From Octopus sinensis (lineage: Eukaryota): DNA of 64,000 nucleotides. The notes under the pieces are model-generated. The model worked only from the letters and a program-made list of their open reading frames with translations, was not told the DNA's origin and searched no databases. A program made the position numbers and the translations under genes. Positions 1 to 11,590 of this stretch are shown piece by piece. Each line of letters begins with the position of its first letter. Position 1 is the first letter of the stretch. The stretch lies in the NCBI RefSeq assembly GCF_006345805.1, contig NC_043006.1:94612001-94676000 (forward strand). Direction: 5' to 3'.

Positions 1-513
1 CGACTTATATGGCTTGTCATGGCTTTTCTCCTGACAGAATAAAAAGACATTCTGCTGTCGCCTTCCGTCGAGTGTTTTTTTTTTATTTTCAATTTAACTA
101 GACTTAAACAAATTCGTCATACCTAACTGGTCGTTGAGTACAAGAAGAACCGAAACAGATATTGCAAAACATCCAACGTTCTAATATTCCTGCCCAGTCT
201 AGCATTCTGACCTACTACTTTTATTCTATTGACACCAGAATAATGAAATTCAAAGATGATACCAGTGATACCCGTTGGTATTCAACTGAGAAGCTAAAGG
301 TCCGGTTGAAATAAACATAGTATAGTATATCTAGGACAGAGTATATCTATAGTATGTCATAGGATAAATAAGACAATGTCTCATTCGTATTTTAAAGAGA
401 CTCTAGTGTGATTTTAGATTTGGCTCCTTTTTCTAAAAAATCAATAAACCGCATAAAATGAAGCTTTTGCTGTTGTTGGTGTCAATGTTGATTTTCATAT
501 TCCTGATTCGTAA

Positions 514-735
514 GGCGGCGAGCTGGTAGAATCGTTAACACGCCGGGAAAAATGCTTAGTCGAATTTCGTCTGCCGCAACGTTCTGAGTTCAAATTCCGC
601 CGAGGTTGACTTTGCCATTCATCTTTTCGAGGTCGATAAATTACGTACCAGTTGCGCACTGGGGTCGATCTAATCGAATGCTTCCCCCCACATTCCCCAA
701 AATTTCGGGCCTTGTGCCTAGAGTAGAAAATAATA
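514..735 (+). mobile_element. tRNA-derived SINE, family I (octopus OR-like)
   Basis: Head GGCGGCGAGCTGGTAGAATCGTT with B-box GAGTTCAAATTCC, followed by the GTCGACTTTG...GGGGTCGAT...GGCCTTGTGCC body. The same body recurs many times in the window. Confidence 0.85.
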
Positions 736-771
736 TTCTCGAATCGTTATTATTTTTATGTATTAAAGTCA

Positions 772-990
772 TCAGCTGACAGAATCTTTAGCGCGTCGGA
801 AAAAATGCATAGCAGCATTTCTTCCGGTTCTCTAGGTTCTCAGTTCAAATTCTGCCGCGGTCGACTTCAACCGTCATTTTGCAGGGTTTTATAAAATAAA
901 TTACAAGTCAAACAGTGGAAGGAGGGGCGATGTAATCGCCTTCCCCCTGCCCACGAAAAATAGCTATGCATCTGCCAAAATTAGAAAGAC
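772..990 (+). mobile_element. degenerate SINE family I copy
   Basis: Divergent match to 514-735 (GTTCAAATTCTGCCGCGGTCGACTT, GATGTAATCG). Confidence 0.7.
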
Positions 991-1017
991 GTGTTTTTTT
1001 AAATATAGCTTCCGATG

Positions 1018-1199
1018 CAGTTCTATATTTAGAGATGAGGAATTAGATACATTATTTATATTATTTACATTTGACGGATATTTGTCCTCATCTTGTTTGT
1101 CGTTAACACGTTTCGGCTGATATACACTCCAGCCTTCATCAGGTGTCTTGGGAAATTTCGAACCTAGGTTCTCATTCCTAAGGTATTTTTCGATCTTAA

Positions 1200-1247
<48 letters not shown>

Positions 1248-1252
1248 TATTA

Positions 1253-1307
<55 letters not shown>

Positions 1308-1318
1308 CATCATCATCA

Positions 1319-1356
<38 letters not shown>

Positions 1357-1368
1357 TTATTATTATTA

Positions 1369-1410
<42 letters not shown>

Positions 1411-1440
1411 TCACTGCCTGGAATCGAACTCGGAATCTTG
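1018..1440 (-). mobile_element. left arm of inverted tRNA-head/(AAT)n/hammerhead SINE-like element (5'-truncated head)
   Basis: Reverse complement of 1441-1743. Retains the T-arm half of the head (GAGTTCGATTCCAGGCAGTGACC on the minus strand), an AAT/GAT tract and a PLE-like tail. Confidence 0.85.
1105..1147 (-). ncRNA. minimal type I hammerhead motif, degenerate
   Basis: Minus strand reads GACAC-CUGAUGA-A-GGCUG(loop)CAGCC-GAAA-CGUGUU. It has a 3-nt deletion at the cleavage site relative to the plus-strand copy. Confidence 0.7.
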
Positions 1441-1504
1441 GAGTAGTGGTTATGAGCGCGGGCTACTAACCCCAAGATTCCGAGTTTGATTCTAGGCTGT
1501 GACC

Positions 1505-1561
<57 letters not shown>

Positions 1562-1743
1562 TAATAACAATAATAACAACAAAAAGAGCATCGAAAAATA
1601 CCTTAGGAATGAGAACCCAGGTTCTAAATTACCCCAAGACACCTGATAAATGCTGGAGTGTATATCAGCCGAAACGTTGTGTTAACAACAAACAAGATGA
1701 GGACAAATATCCGTCAAATGTAAACAATGTAAATAATATAAAT
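1441..1743 (+). mobile_element. right arm of inverted tRNA-head/(AAT)n/hammerhead SINE-like element
   Basis: A-box-like GTAGTGGTTA and B-box-like GAGTTTGATTC, then (AAT)n, then a tail ATCGAAAAATACCTTAGG... with a hammerhead-like motif at 1638-1683. Confidence 0.85.
1638..1683 (+). ncRNA. minimal type I hammerhead motif, degenerate
   Basis: GACAC-CUGAUAA-A-UGCUG(loop)CAGCC-GAAA-CG-UU-GUGUU. Stem I and the ACGU palindrome are intact, but G8 and the first stem II base are mutated. Confidence 0.7.
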
Positions 1744-2081
1744 AATATTGCTTCCGATGGTTCACAGAATGGAATATCTGCGATAAGGATCTTTCTTTAA
1801 GACGACTTCATCCTCAGTCTTCTATTGGATAGAAATGTCTTATATTTGACAAACTTGTTGATGCCATCCTGTGGTTTTTTACATTTAAGAAAATAAAGAT
1901 GGGTTGGTAACACGTGGAATGCTTATGATCGTATCACTGCTTGATCAGGATTGCAATAGGGCTAAAAATAATCCAATGCACCGACTATCACTACGGTGAC
2001 CACCACCACCAACAACAACACAACTACAGCAACAATAACGATGACGTTGACTAGGACAACAAAACAGCAACACCAGCAAGT

Positions 2082-2430
2082 GGAAGCGCAATGGCCCAGT
2101 GGTTAGGGCAGCGGACTCGCGGTCGGAGGATCGCGGTTTCGATTCCCAGACCGGGCGTTGTGTGTGTTTATTGAGCGAAAACACCTAAAGCTCCACGGGG
2201 CTCCGGCAGGGGGTGATGGTGACCCCTATTGTACTCTTTCGCCCCAACTTTCTCTCACTCTTTCTTCCTGTTTCTTGTCCCCGACTTCATACGCAACCGC
2301 TGAGCCTGGATGCGCATTCATCCATCCGTCGATGTTCTCGATGTCGGAGGTTGACCTGCTTTTTCTTCTGCGGGTCTTACGAATAGCAAAGGACCACATT
2401 TCGGACTTCTCCCATCTTACGAGCTCTTGA
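2082..2430 (+). mobile_element. tRNA-derived SINE, family III (tail type A)
   Basis: GCAATGGCCCAGTGGTTAGGGCAGCGG...GGTTTCGATTCCC head. The first ~190 bp are shared with 49629-49930. Confidence 0.85.
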
Positions 2431-2519
2431 CGATAACCGTTCGCTCAACAGCAACAGTAGCAGCAACCGCAACACCAGCAACAATAATAGTCTCGAAACA
2501 CGTCAACTGGCCAGTAATA

Positions 2520-2712
2520 TTTGAGAGAAGGAGCAAGATGATTGCACCGACCCCAGTTCCCAACTAGCACTTATTTCTTTCGGCTCCGAATGGACGAAAG
2601 ACACATTCGACCTTAGCGGAATTTGATCTCAGTACGTAAAGGGCCAAAAAAAAAAGAATGCCACTAAGTATCTTGTCCGACGTGCAAACGATTCAACCAG
2701 CTCATCGCCTTA
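2520..2712 (-). mobile_element. degenerate SINE family I copy
   Basis: Reverse complement reads AAGGCGATGAGCTGGTTGAATCGTT...GAGATCAAATTCCGCTAAGGTCGAAT. Confidence 0.75.
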
Positions 2713-2812
2713 GAAAGAGCAACAACAATAACAAGTTCACGGTTGTTTGAATTGCAGGGCATATCAGAGATGCGCTACACAATAAGAAGTAATGCTTGTT
2801 CTATATGATTTA

Positions 2813-3203
2813 CTAGCAGTATCGCCTGGCGTTGCTCGGCTTTGTTTCGACCCTTTAGAATTGGAATTTTTGAAAAGTAAAAATTTTGCATTATGTAGCT
2901 TGTTATTCTCTTTAAGTGAACATTTTTCTGGTTGAAATACACCGAAAAATAGCGACACAGCGGTCAAAAAATCGTAAAAAATAGGGATTTTCATAGAAGA
3001 AAAGCACCTTTTTGATGTAAATATTTTTTGGTGTTAACATGGTCCAATTTGAACTTTTTCTTCTACGGTAAAAAGATCAAGTCTTCTTCTATCATACTCT
3101 CAATTTTAGTCAACTTGCACCGCAGGGTCTCGGAGGAGATAGTGTTAGTTGAGGCTACCAAACCTGCCATACACAGACGACGTCAGCTTTATATATAGAG
3201 AGA
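2813..3203 (-). mobile_element. non-autonomous Helitron
   Basis: On the minus strand the 5' end is A|TCTCTCTATATATAAAG. The 3' end is a GC hairpin (CCGAGCAACGCCAGG) plus GATACTGCTAG|T, giving A/T insertion geometry. Confidence 0.75.
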
Positions 3204-3469
3204 TTTACCTCATTTTCCAGAGTACAAGAGTACAATGTAAATATATAGAATAAACATTCAACCATCGTCACTACTTCTTCAAATTCTGCTTTGTTTCACT
3301 GAGAATTTATAGTCCTCCAAAGTTTTCTTCATGTATAAGTCGATCTATCATTTTGAAATATTCGACTTTTATGTAAGAAGATACGATAAGTGGCCCCTGC
3401 TGCTTGCAGTTGTTATTTAGCTTCTGTCAGGCCTAGGACAGTAGATATGACCAAAAGGTATTTAATCTC

Positions 3470-3733
3470 TAACCGTCTTGACCACTTCTATCATCACAGC
3501 ACCGTTGCTACAACCGCAAGTGCTACCCTTACCATCACCAACACCAGCACCAGCACTAGGAGCACCACCACCACAACCACCACACCACCACCACCATCTT
3601 ACCATACCCACTTTCTTAAAGCCCAAGTCTCGCCTCCATTACCCATACCATTACAACAAACTTCACCATTGCCATCATTGCCACCATCGCTACAACTACA
3701 ACACCAATCAAAAATGAAAACAAAGGCTACCAC

Positions 3734-3766
<33 letters not shown>

Positions 3767-4900
3767 CCCCACCATCACTACTATCATTCTCACCACCGTC
3801 ACAACAACAATCACCTCTACCACCACCACCACCACCACCTCCACCAAATTCCAACATCATCTATCCTACCACCACCACCATCATCAGCATCCTCAGCATC
3901 ACGACGACGATGACGACGACAACAACACTTCACCCAACGCTACCACCACCAACAGATACCACCACCAGCGTCGCAGCCATAATCACCACCACCACCACCA
4001 CCACCATCGCCACCGCCGCCGCCACCGCCGCCGCCTCCATCACAACAAAAGCTGGCCCCATCTCTACCCCATATATCATCATGAAACGATTTCAAATGAA
4101 AAAGAAATCGATATATTTTATCTGCTTTTAAAAGCATGTGACACTGACAAAATGGCCGGACAGTATTTAAATTTACGACGAACAGACAGACTTGAACTAA
4201 TACCCCCACCACATCTTCCCTCTTTTAATGCCATTCGCAGCACTATAAAAGTAAACGCCATCTCCACCGCCACCACCACTAGCATTGTCACAGATACCGT
4301 TGATATCGACACCATATCACTACCATTACTACTACTACTACCACTACCACCACCACAACCACCACACCGCCGTCCCCACCGCCACCATAAACATAACCGT
4401 CACCAGCTCATCCAACACTCTCACCTAAACGACGACCTCGTCACCATCACTACCACCACTGCCAGCACCACAACCACCGCCCTCAAACCAACGCCACCCA
4501 CCCCACTACTGTCTACCTCTACCACCGCTCCACCGCTCCACCGCTCCACCGCTCCACCGCTCCACCGCTCCACCGCTACCATTAATAACCGTTAAAATCA
4601 CTAACACTACCCACCCTTCCACCCCATAACCATCAGTAACAACACCACCCTACCACCACCACCAATACGTCCATAACTGCAACCTTCACCAACGCCTTAA
4701 CCATCACCGCTACTGCAATCCTCACTACCATCATCATTATCATCATCATCATCATCAAAACAACCCTGGCCACCACCACCACTCTTACTATCGCCATAAC
4801 CATTAACACCATTGTAAACCCCCAGCACACAAAAACTACAATAACCACCACCATCGCTATCACCACCAACCTCTACCTCATCCAATCCCGTCGCTTCCAT
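3470..4900. repeat. degenerate (CAC/ACC)n low-complexity tract, including about 6 copies of CCGCTCCA at ~4525-4577
   Basis: Trinucleotide periodicity is directly visible. Confidence 0.9.
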
Positions 4901-5045
4901 CTACCTGAACGCACCACATGTGAAGAATCAATCGATAATCGATCAGGGCTAGCTAGCATTCAATTGATGTTTGTTGCAGATTAGTGACCAGTTGCTTCAA
5001 ATCTAGACACATTCTAACTGCCTCAAGGAACCACATTAACACTGA

Positions 5046-5435
5046 AGGAGAAGAAGAAGGAGAAGAAGAAGAAGAAGAAGAAGGAGGAGGAGAAGAAGAA
5101 GAGAAGAAGAAGAAGAAGAAGGCGGAGGAGGAGGAGAAGAAGAAGAAGAAGAAGAAGGAGGAGGAGGAGAAGAAGAAGAAGAAGAAGAAGGAGAAGGAGA
5201 AGAAGGAGGAGGAGAAGAAGAAGAAGAAGAAGAAGGAGGAGGAGGAGAAGAAGAAGAAGAAGAAGAAGGAGGAGAAGGAGAAGAAGAAGAAGAAAAGAAG
5301 AAGAAGAAGAAGAAGAAGAAGTAAAAGAAGAAGAAGAAGAAGAAGAAGAAGAATGAGAAGAAGAAGAAGAAGAAGGAGAAGGTGAAGAGAAGAAGAAGAA
5401 GAAGAAGAAGGAGAAGAAGAGAAAGAAGACGAAGC
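5046..5435. repeat. (GAA)n/(GAG)n microsatellite
   Basis: Directly visible. Confidence 0.95.
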
Positions 5436-6239
5436 TGGAGGAGTGGGAAGTGGGGAAGAACAGCATTAAGAACAAAAACAAAAACAAAAGTCACAGCAAG
5501 GAAGCCGTCGTCGATCGCGACGACGATGACGATGATGGTTTCAACAACAAAAGTAGCGGTCACAACAACAGCAAGAACAACGGAAGTGATGACGACGATG
5601 ACGATGGCAGCAACCGCAACAAAAATTTTATTGGCACAGAAGACGACAAAGATAACAACAAAAATGGAAGATTACGTTGAAAACGCTGACGCTGACGACG
5701 ACGACGACGATAAGTTCAACATGGGAGAAACCAACAATAACAGCAACAACAAACACAATATAGCACTACAGATGAACAGCAGATGAACAACAGATGAACA
5801 ACAGGTGTATCTCTCGTTAAAGAAACGGCGCGTTCTATAAAATCTCATAATCAGTTATTCTGTATCGTAAAGCCGACTTTTTTTGCGTAACTCCGCGTTA
5901 CGTTGTGATTAGTATGCAAAGAAATCCGTGGGGAATATCAACAACACATACTATAACATCAACAACGTTGAATCACATCTGCACGTACAGGGTTGGCTCA
6001 GTGACCTGAGAGTAGATCAAAACCATTCCAAGATTTATTTATGTTTAACAACTGAATGAATGAATTTTAAAAAGACATCTAAATATGAAACATCAGGTGC
6101 ATTGTTCAAACTGAAGTCCTTCTTGAGCGACACATTTTCCCATTCGGGTCGTCAATACAGAATTAGAGATAGTCTTTATGGAATTTTGATTTACTATTGA
6201 GTGACTTATAGCCAATCCTGTATAAGCAAAAAAATTACT

Positions 6240-6440
6240 ACCCATCCATCCATCCATTCATCCATCCACCCACTCATCCATCCATCCATCCACCCACTCA
6301 TCCATCCATCCATCCATCCACCCATCCATCCATCCATCCATCCACCCACTCATCCATCCATGCATCCACCCATCCATCCATCCATCCATCCATCCATCCA
6401 TCCATCCATCCATCCATCCATCCATCCATCCATCCATCTA
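6240..6440. repeat. (CATC)n microsatellite
   Basis: Directly visible. Confidence 0.95.
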
Positions 6441-7079
6441 TTCATCAATCCATTCGTCCATCAAACTATTTTCTACATTCACTTTTCTGGGAGTGTCGTG
6501 GGCGTAGATCCCTCAAGTGTCCCCTTCATAGAAACCTATATCATTAGCAACCATAATTACGACGGGGTGCTGGAAAGCTCATGGCTGTAAGGGCATCGCG
6601 AAAAGGCCTGGCTAAAGGCTCAGCTGTTCGAGTTCTTTTACTGGGCTTATAAAATCTAAAGGACCGCTGCAATAAGTGTGAATCTTAATAAGTGCAATTA
6701 TGGTGAATAAAATCATAATTAACTGATCCTCCTGTATTTTCTTTTACCCAAAGCCAGGAAATTTTCACCTCACCACTACCATCCTCATAGACATTCCGGC
6801 TTGATTTCCAAGCCTGACCAACTGAGAAAATAGTATACCTCTGATGGTAGGCTCAACTTGAAAACTTTGTCTTACAATTCTTTCCTGCTAAATTCTAACC
6901 AGAGGTTCTTTGTACCGGAACTGTAACCTCACAATGCGGAGAAATAGCCTCTCGACCGGAAAGACTCCCTGATCTCAGACCTCCGTTTCCTGTTGAGTAA
7001 CATTACTCCAGTGATCCTTCCACTTGGATAATATTAAGTGACCACACTAATATATGTATATCATATGAATATAATATTA

Positions 7080-7176
7080 AATATTAAAAGACGAAGACAG
7101 GTGTGTAAACAACAAACAGGTGTACTAGTTTAACGCTCGGGAAGGTGAGGAAGACTTTTATGTTTCGAGCCTACGC
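7080..7176 (-). mobile_element. PLE-derived hammerhead-family B fragment (3' half of ribozyme and tail)
   Basis: Minus strand reads GCGTAGGCTCGAAACATAAAAGTC. Homologous to 53050-53120 and 62000-62100. Confidence 0.6.
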
Positions 7177-7189
7177 ATATATGTGTGTG

Positions 7190-7400
7190 TGTGTGTTTGT
7201 GTGTCTGTGTTTGTCTCCCATCATCACTTGACAACCGATGTTGTTGCGCCTACGTCCTCGTAACTTAGCGGTTCGGCGAAAAAGGCCGATAGAATAAGTA
7301 CTAGGCTTACAAAGAATAAGTCCTGGGGTCTTCATTTCATTAAAGGCGGTGCTCCAGCATGGCTGCAGTCAAATGACTGAAACCAGTAAAATAATAAAAG
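7190..7400 (+). mobile_element. SINE family II, 3' half
   Basis: CTTGACAACCGATG...GATAGAATAAGTACT...GGCGGTGCTCCAGCATGG, matching 46370-46575. Confidence 0.85.
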
Positions 7401-7449
<49 letters not shown>

Positions 7450-7574
7450 TAATAATAATAATAATAATAATAATGATAATAATAATATGAGGGAATATTA
7501 TTCCAACTTACAGGGAAAAATTCAATTTAGAAATACTAATTTTTTTCTAATTTATATATATATATATATATATT

Positions 7575-7825
7575 CTATTTTTTAATTATTATAAATCTTC
7601 CACTGAGGACCGAACCGGTTTCCAACAAAGATACAAGGCTCCACCTTTGGGATGTAGTTAACACAGACAAATTCACATTTAGAACTTGAGATAAGTCTTG
7701 CATATTTTTACTGTTCCACTCACAGACTGCATTTATAATCAGTCGGTCGATTTCTCTTTCTGAAAATCCCAGTTTATCCAGATTTTCCTTTAAGCGTTTA
7801 CTAACAAAACCTAGTGCTCCAATTT
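7575..7825 (-). mobile_element. 3' end of RLE-type (R4/Dong-like) non-LTR element
   Basis: Minus-strand translation IGALGFVSKTLKENLDKLGFSEREIDRLI resembles the GALG-containing C-terminus of RLE elements. A short 3'UTR follows. Confidence 0.55.
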
Positions 7826-8558
7826 TATTGGTACGTATGTATGTATGTATGTATGTATCTATTTATCTATCTATCTATACACCCACATACATATATATGG
7901 AGACAAATTTCATCTAGGCATGCTGGCTGTTAATATATGTTATTGATAACACCCAACAAGTCAGAAATGCATCTTGTGCTCTCACACGCCGCTGCCGAGA
8001 TGAATATTCTCTGACTCCGATATATATTTGCTTCAACACAGTGCATCCGCAAGAGATGGTATCTCCTGATGAACACTGCAGTAACGTTTTCCTATCACGA
8101 TGTGTATACTTTAAGTAAGATATGTAGATGCGTATATTAATAAATATATTTTATGACCAACACTAACATCCTCTCACGATAATTATCACCACATCCCTGT
8201 TACAGCCACCATAATCATAAAAATTACTTAACCACTAAGACAGACACAAACAACCTCTTTGTTCCATTTTCAAGAAGCGGGCCCTGTGAGGAATGACCCT
8301 TATCAGGCAAACCGCACTACTACTATATTATAAAGAGCTTCGTGAAATTAGTTGTAGCATTTTTGAACTCATAAGATAATTGTCATAATTATCTTAGATC
8401 AGAATGTAACTCGGGGTAGGCCATAAACAATTGGTTTCACTTTATGGAATCTCACATTATGAGAAGATTATCCGGAACGTGAGGTTTCTGTAACGTAAAG
8501 GATACAAGTAGTTTATGTGTTCTGGTACATATATTATGGTTATTGTGGTTTTTGTAAT

Positions 8559-8714
8559 GCGGCGAGCTGGTAGAAACGTTAGTACAACGTCGTTACGTTC
8601 TGAGTTGAAATTCCGCCGAGATCGACTTTGTATTTCAACCTTTCTGGATCGATAAATTGCGCACTGTGGTCGATCAAAATTTCAGGTCTTGTGCCTAGTG
8701 TAGAAAGGATTATT
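8559..8714 (+). mobile_element. SINE family I copy with internal deletions
   Basis: GCGGCGAGCTGGTAGAAACGTTAG...GGTCTTGTGCCTAGTGTAGAAAGGATTATT. Confidence 0.8.
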
Positions 8715-9350
8715 ATGGTTTTTGTTGCAGTTAAACATCGATGCTGTGATGCAGAATTGTTGCTGTTGACGTTGTTGTTGCTGTTCCGTAGTTGTTATTG
8801 TTTTTGTTTGGCTTGTTCATGTTGTTATCCATCGTCACCATCATCTTGATTGAATTATGATCGCCAACCAGCGTTACCACCATCAGCCCCATGTGCCCCC
8901 CCCCCCCGCCGTCACTACCACGAAAGCCACGCAGGTAAACATGATATGCATTTCAAAATACAGAGCAACTACAGATCAAATCAAACATCAAAGCATGCAT
9001 TTTTACAGAGCTCAACCCTTCTGGAAAGTCCCCCTTAAAATGATGGGACCCTTGGTAACTGCGAGGTATTGAAGCTTTTAATTTCAATAATAAATATTTA
9101 CTCTAAAACACAAGGCTAGAGTATATACAAACTATTCTTCTACGTACGCGTCATATATGTATACGTAGACACACAGACCCACACACGCACATATACAAAT
9201 ATATATATAAATATGTATGTGTGTATGCATATATATGTGTGTGTGTGTGTATGTAAATATAAAAATATACATATATGCATGTATATATGTATATACATGA
9301 CCCCTGAACTCAACACGTTTTTTTTTCATTCTATTTATTTCCTCCTATTC

Positions 9351-9386
9351 CTTTCTGATGAAGAGCATAGGTTCGAAACATAAAAT
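9351..9386 (+). ncRNA. minimal type I hammerhead, family B, canonical core
   Basis: CUUU-CUGAUGA-A-GAGC(AUAG)GUUC-GAAA-CA-UA^AAAU. Predicted cleavage is after 9382. Confidence 0.7.
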
Positions 9387-9744
9387 ACTTTTTCCATTTT
9401 TCTCGAGTGTCAGACAAATACACTTGTTGTTCATGCACATTTCTTTGTCTTTTGTTGTATTGTAAGTTTGAACTATACATACACACAAACACACATACAC
9501 ATATATATTTACAAATATGTATATATATATGATTGAACACACACACACACATACCCCCCCCCCCCACACATACACACACAGAAGTAAGCACAGGCACAAA
9601 ACAATGTGGAAAAAATAGTAATCGACTACAAAATGTAGAGTGAAATGCTATTTTACTGAAGCCGAAAAAGTTTTCACAATCTGAAGATTTTTCGGCTTTA
9701 ATAAAATAAAATTAGATACACACACACCACACACACACATATAT

Positions 9745-9825
<81 letters not shown>

Positions 9826-10212
9826 TGTATATATGTTTGTATGTATGTACATGCACGAAATAACATGTACCTGTCTGTTCTTTTGTACATTAATGCTTAG
9901 GGACCTTTACGAGTATATTAGTGGATAAGGTTGCACCACTGAAATGTTTCGGTTTTATTAAACTTCATTAGTATAGCATAATTTTCTCAAGTCTGCCCTC
10001 GTTCAGGTGACCGAAATGTATTTCAAACAAGTGAAGGTGTCAATTACCACTTTGGTCTTCTCTTCCCAACTAAATGGCAAATATCAATGCAAGTTCATTA
10101 AGAATTAAGATGATAATACAGAAATGAAATTCTTGGGGCTGCACAAATGAATGTTTTCCTTCATCTCTGTGATTTAATTTCTGGTATAGAAATCAATATT
10201 TATTACAAGAAC

Positions 10213-10520
10213 AAGGCAGTGAGCTAGCAGAATCGTTAGTACGCTGGACAAAATGCTTAGCGATTTTGCATTTCATCCTTTTGGGGTCGATAAAATAAGT
10301 ACCAGTTGAGAACTGATGTCGATATGATTTCTGTCTTTGTGTCAAAATTTGAAACTAATATTTATTACAAGAATGAGGGTGGGTAGGCAGAACTGGTGGC
10401 ACGACGGTGTCAGCGCCTTTACTGTAGTTAGTTATCCTGTTTTATGTTTGAGTTCAGATCTGGATGCCGTCCAAGTCTACATCGACTTTTGGTGTCCATG
10501 TGCTCATTAAAAGAATCATG
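10213..10520 (+). mobile_element. two degenerate SINE family I copies
   Basis: GAGCTAGCAGAATCGTTAGTACGC...GGGGTCGATAAAATAAGTACCAG, followed by a second weaker head near 10375. Confidence 0.6.
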
Positions 10521-11289
10521 CCATTCAAAGACTTTCTATAGAATATCTTAGAAGTGAAGGGAATTTTAAAAAGAAGATAAAGACAGAAATGAAATGAAGA
10601 AAATAAAAAGACAAGCTGTTCACGTGCTCATCAAAATGTGTGTCCTTGTGCTTATGATCGATAAAATTTAATAAAAGACGACAAGAAGTAAAAAGATAAG
10701 TGAAGAAAATAAATGAAGGAAAGGCAATAAATAAAAAGAAGCGCAATGAAAGACAGAAGAAAGAATAAATGAAAACAGTAAAACATAAAAAATAAATTTA
10801 ATAAAGAAACAAATAAAAAAGTAGAAGCAAAACAGGGCAAAATGTTTATAAATAGGCAAAAAAAAAAGCCGGAAAAGCAAAATGCAAAAATGAAAATAAA
10901 AATGAAAATATAATATAATAAGATAAAATTATGTGAAATATTATTTAAAAAAACAGTAAGTAAACGAGACAAACAATGAGAATATTAAAAATTAATTAAT
11001 TATTCTTAATAAATTTTTTTTACTCACAGAAACGGTTTTTAAAATTTTATTTCTGTTAAAGTATGAAGTTGATTTTTGATGTATCTAATTTGGTTAAGAC
11101 TATAATTCTTGCTGTTGCTGCTAATAATGTGGCATTGGTTAAAATCATAATTCTTAGAATTTCTATTGTTCTTGTTATTGTTATTACTATATTGCGATCG
11201 CCAAAGTTGCCTTTGATTACTTCTATAATTGTTATAATTGCCGTATTTTCCATGTTATTATTTTGGTAAATACTGTACATATTACTGTA

Positions 11290-11590
11290 AAGGCACGTGG
11301 CTTAATGATTAGGGTTTTCGGCTCACTATCATAATGTCTTGAGTTCGATTCCCGGTGGCGCATAGTGAGATCGAGCAAAACACTTTATTACACGTCCTCT
11401 ATGTCACTCAGTCGGCAAAAATGAATTACATCTGTATTTCAAAGGGGACAGCCATGTCACGCTGATTCTCTCTTAAAACTATAACAGGGTACTCGTGTTT
11501 TTGGAGTACTCAACCACTTACACGCAAGTTTCACGAGCAGGCTCGGATCAGTTACAACGCTTGTCGTCGAAACCGACGGAGAGCCAGTAC
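11290..11590 (+). mobile_element. tRNA-derived SINE, family IV
   Basis: Head with GAGTTCGATTCCC. Body and tail (TTTCACGAGCAGGCT...AACCGACGGAG) are shared with 36080-36366. Confidence 0.7.

Noticed and set aside
2082-2160. tRNA-like sequences here and at 514, 1441, 11290, 32077, 43852 and 49629
   Set aside because: The acceptor stems are incomplete and each continues into a repeated SINE body, so they are SINE heads rather than tRNA genes.
3390-4595. 401-aa Thr/His-rich ORF
   Set aside because: It is a translation of a degenerate CAC/ACC repeat. Several frames on both strands are open, it has a GTG start, and no domain is recognisable.
4984-5786. Glu/Lys/Arg-rich ORFs
   Set aside because: They arise from stop-free (GAA)n, (GAG)n and (GAC)n tracts.
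7595-7625. CTGAGGA...GAACCGGTT hammerhead-like string
   Set aside because: No stem I or stem II can form and GAAA is incomplete on that strand. It lies in an RLE-element 3'UTR.
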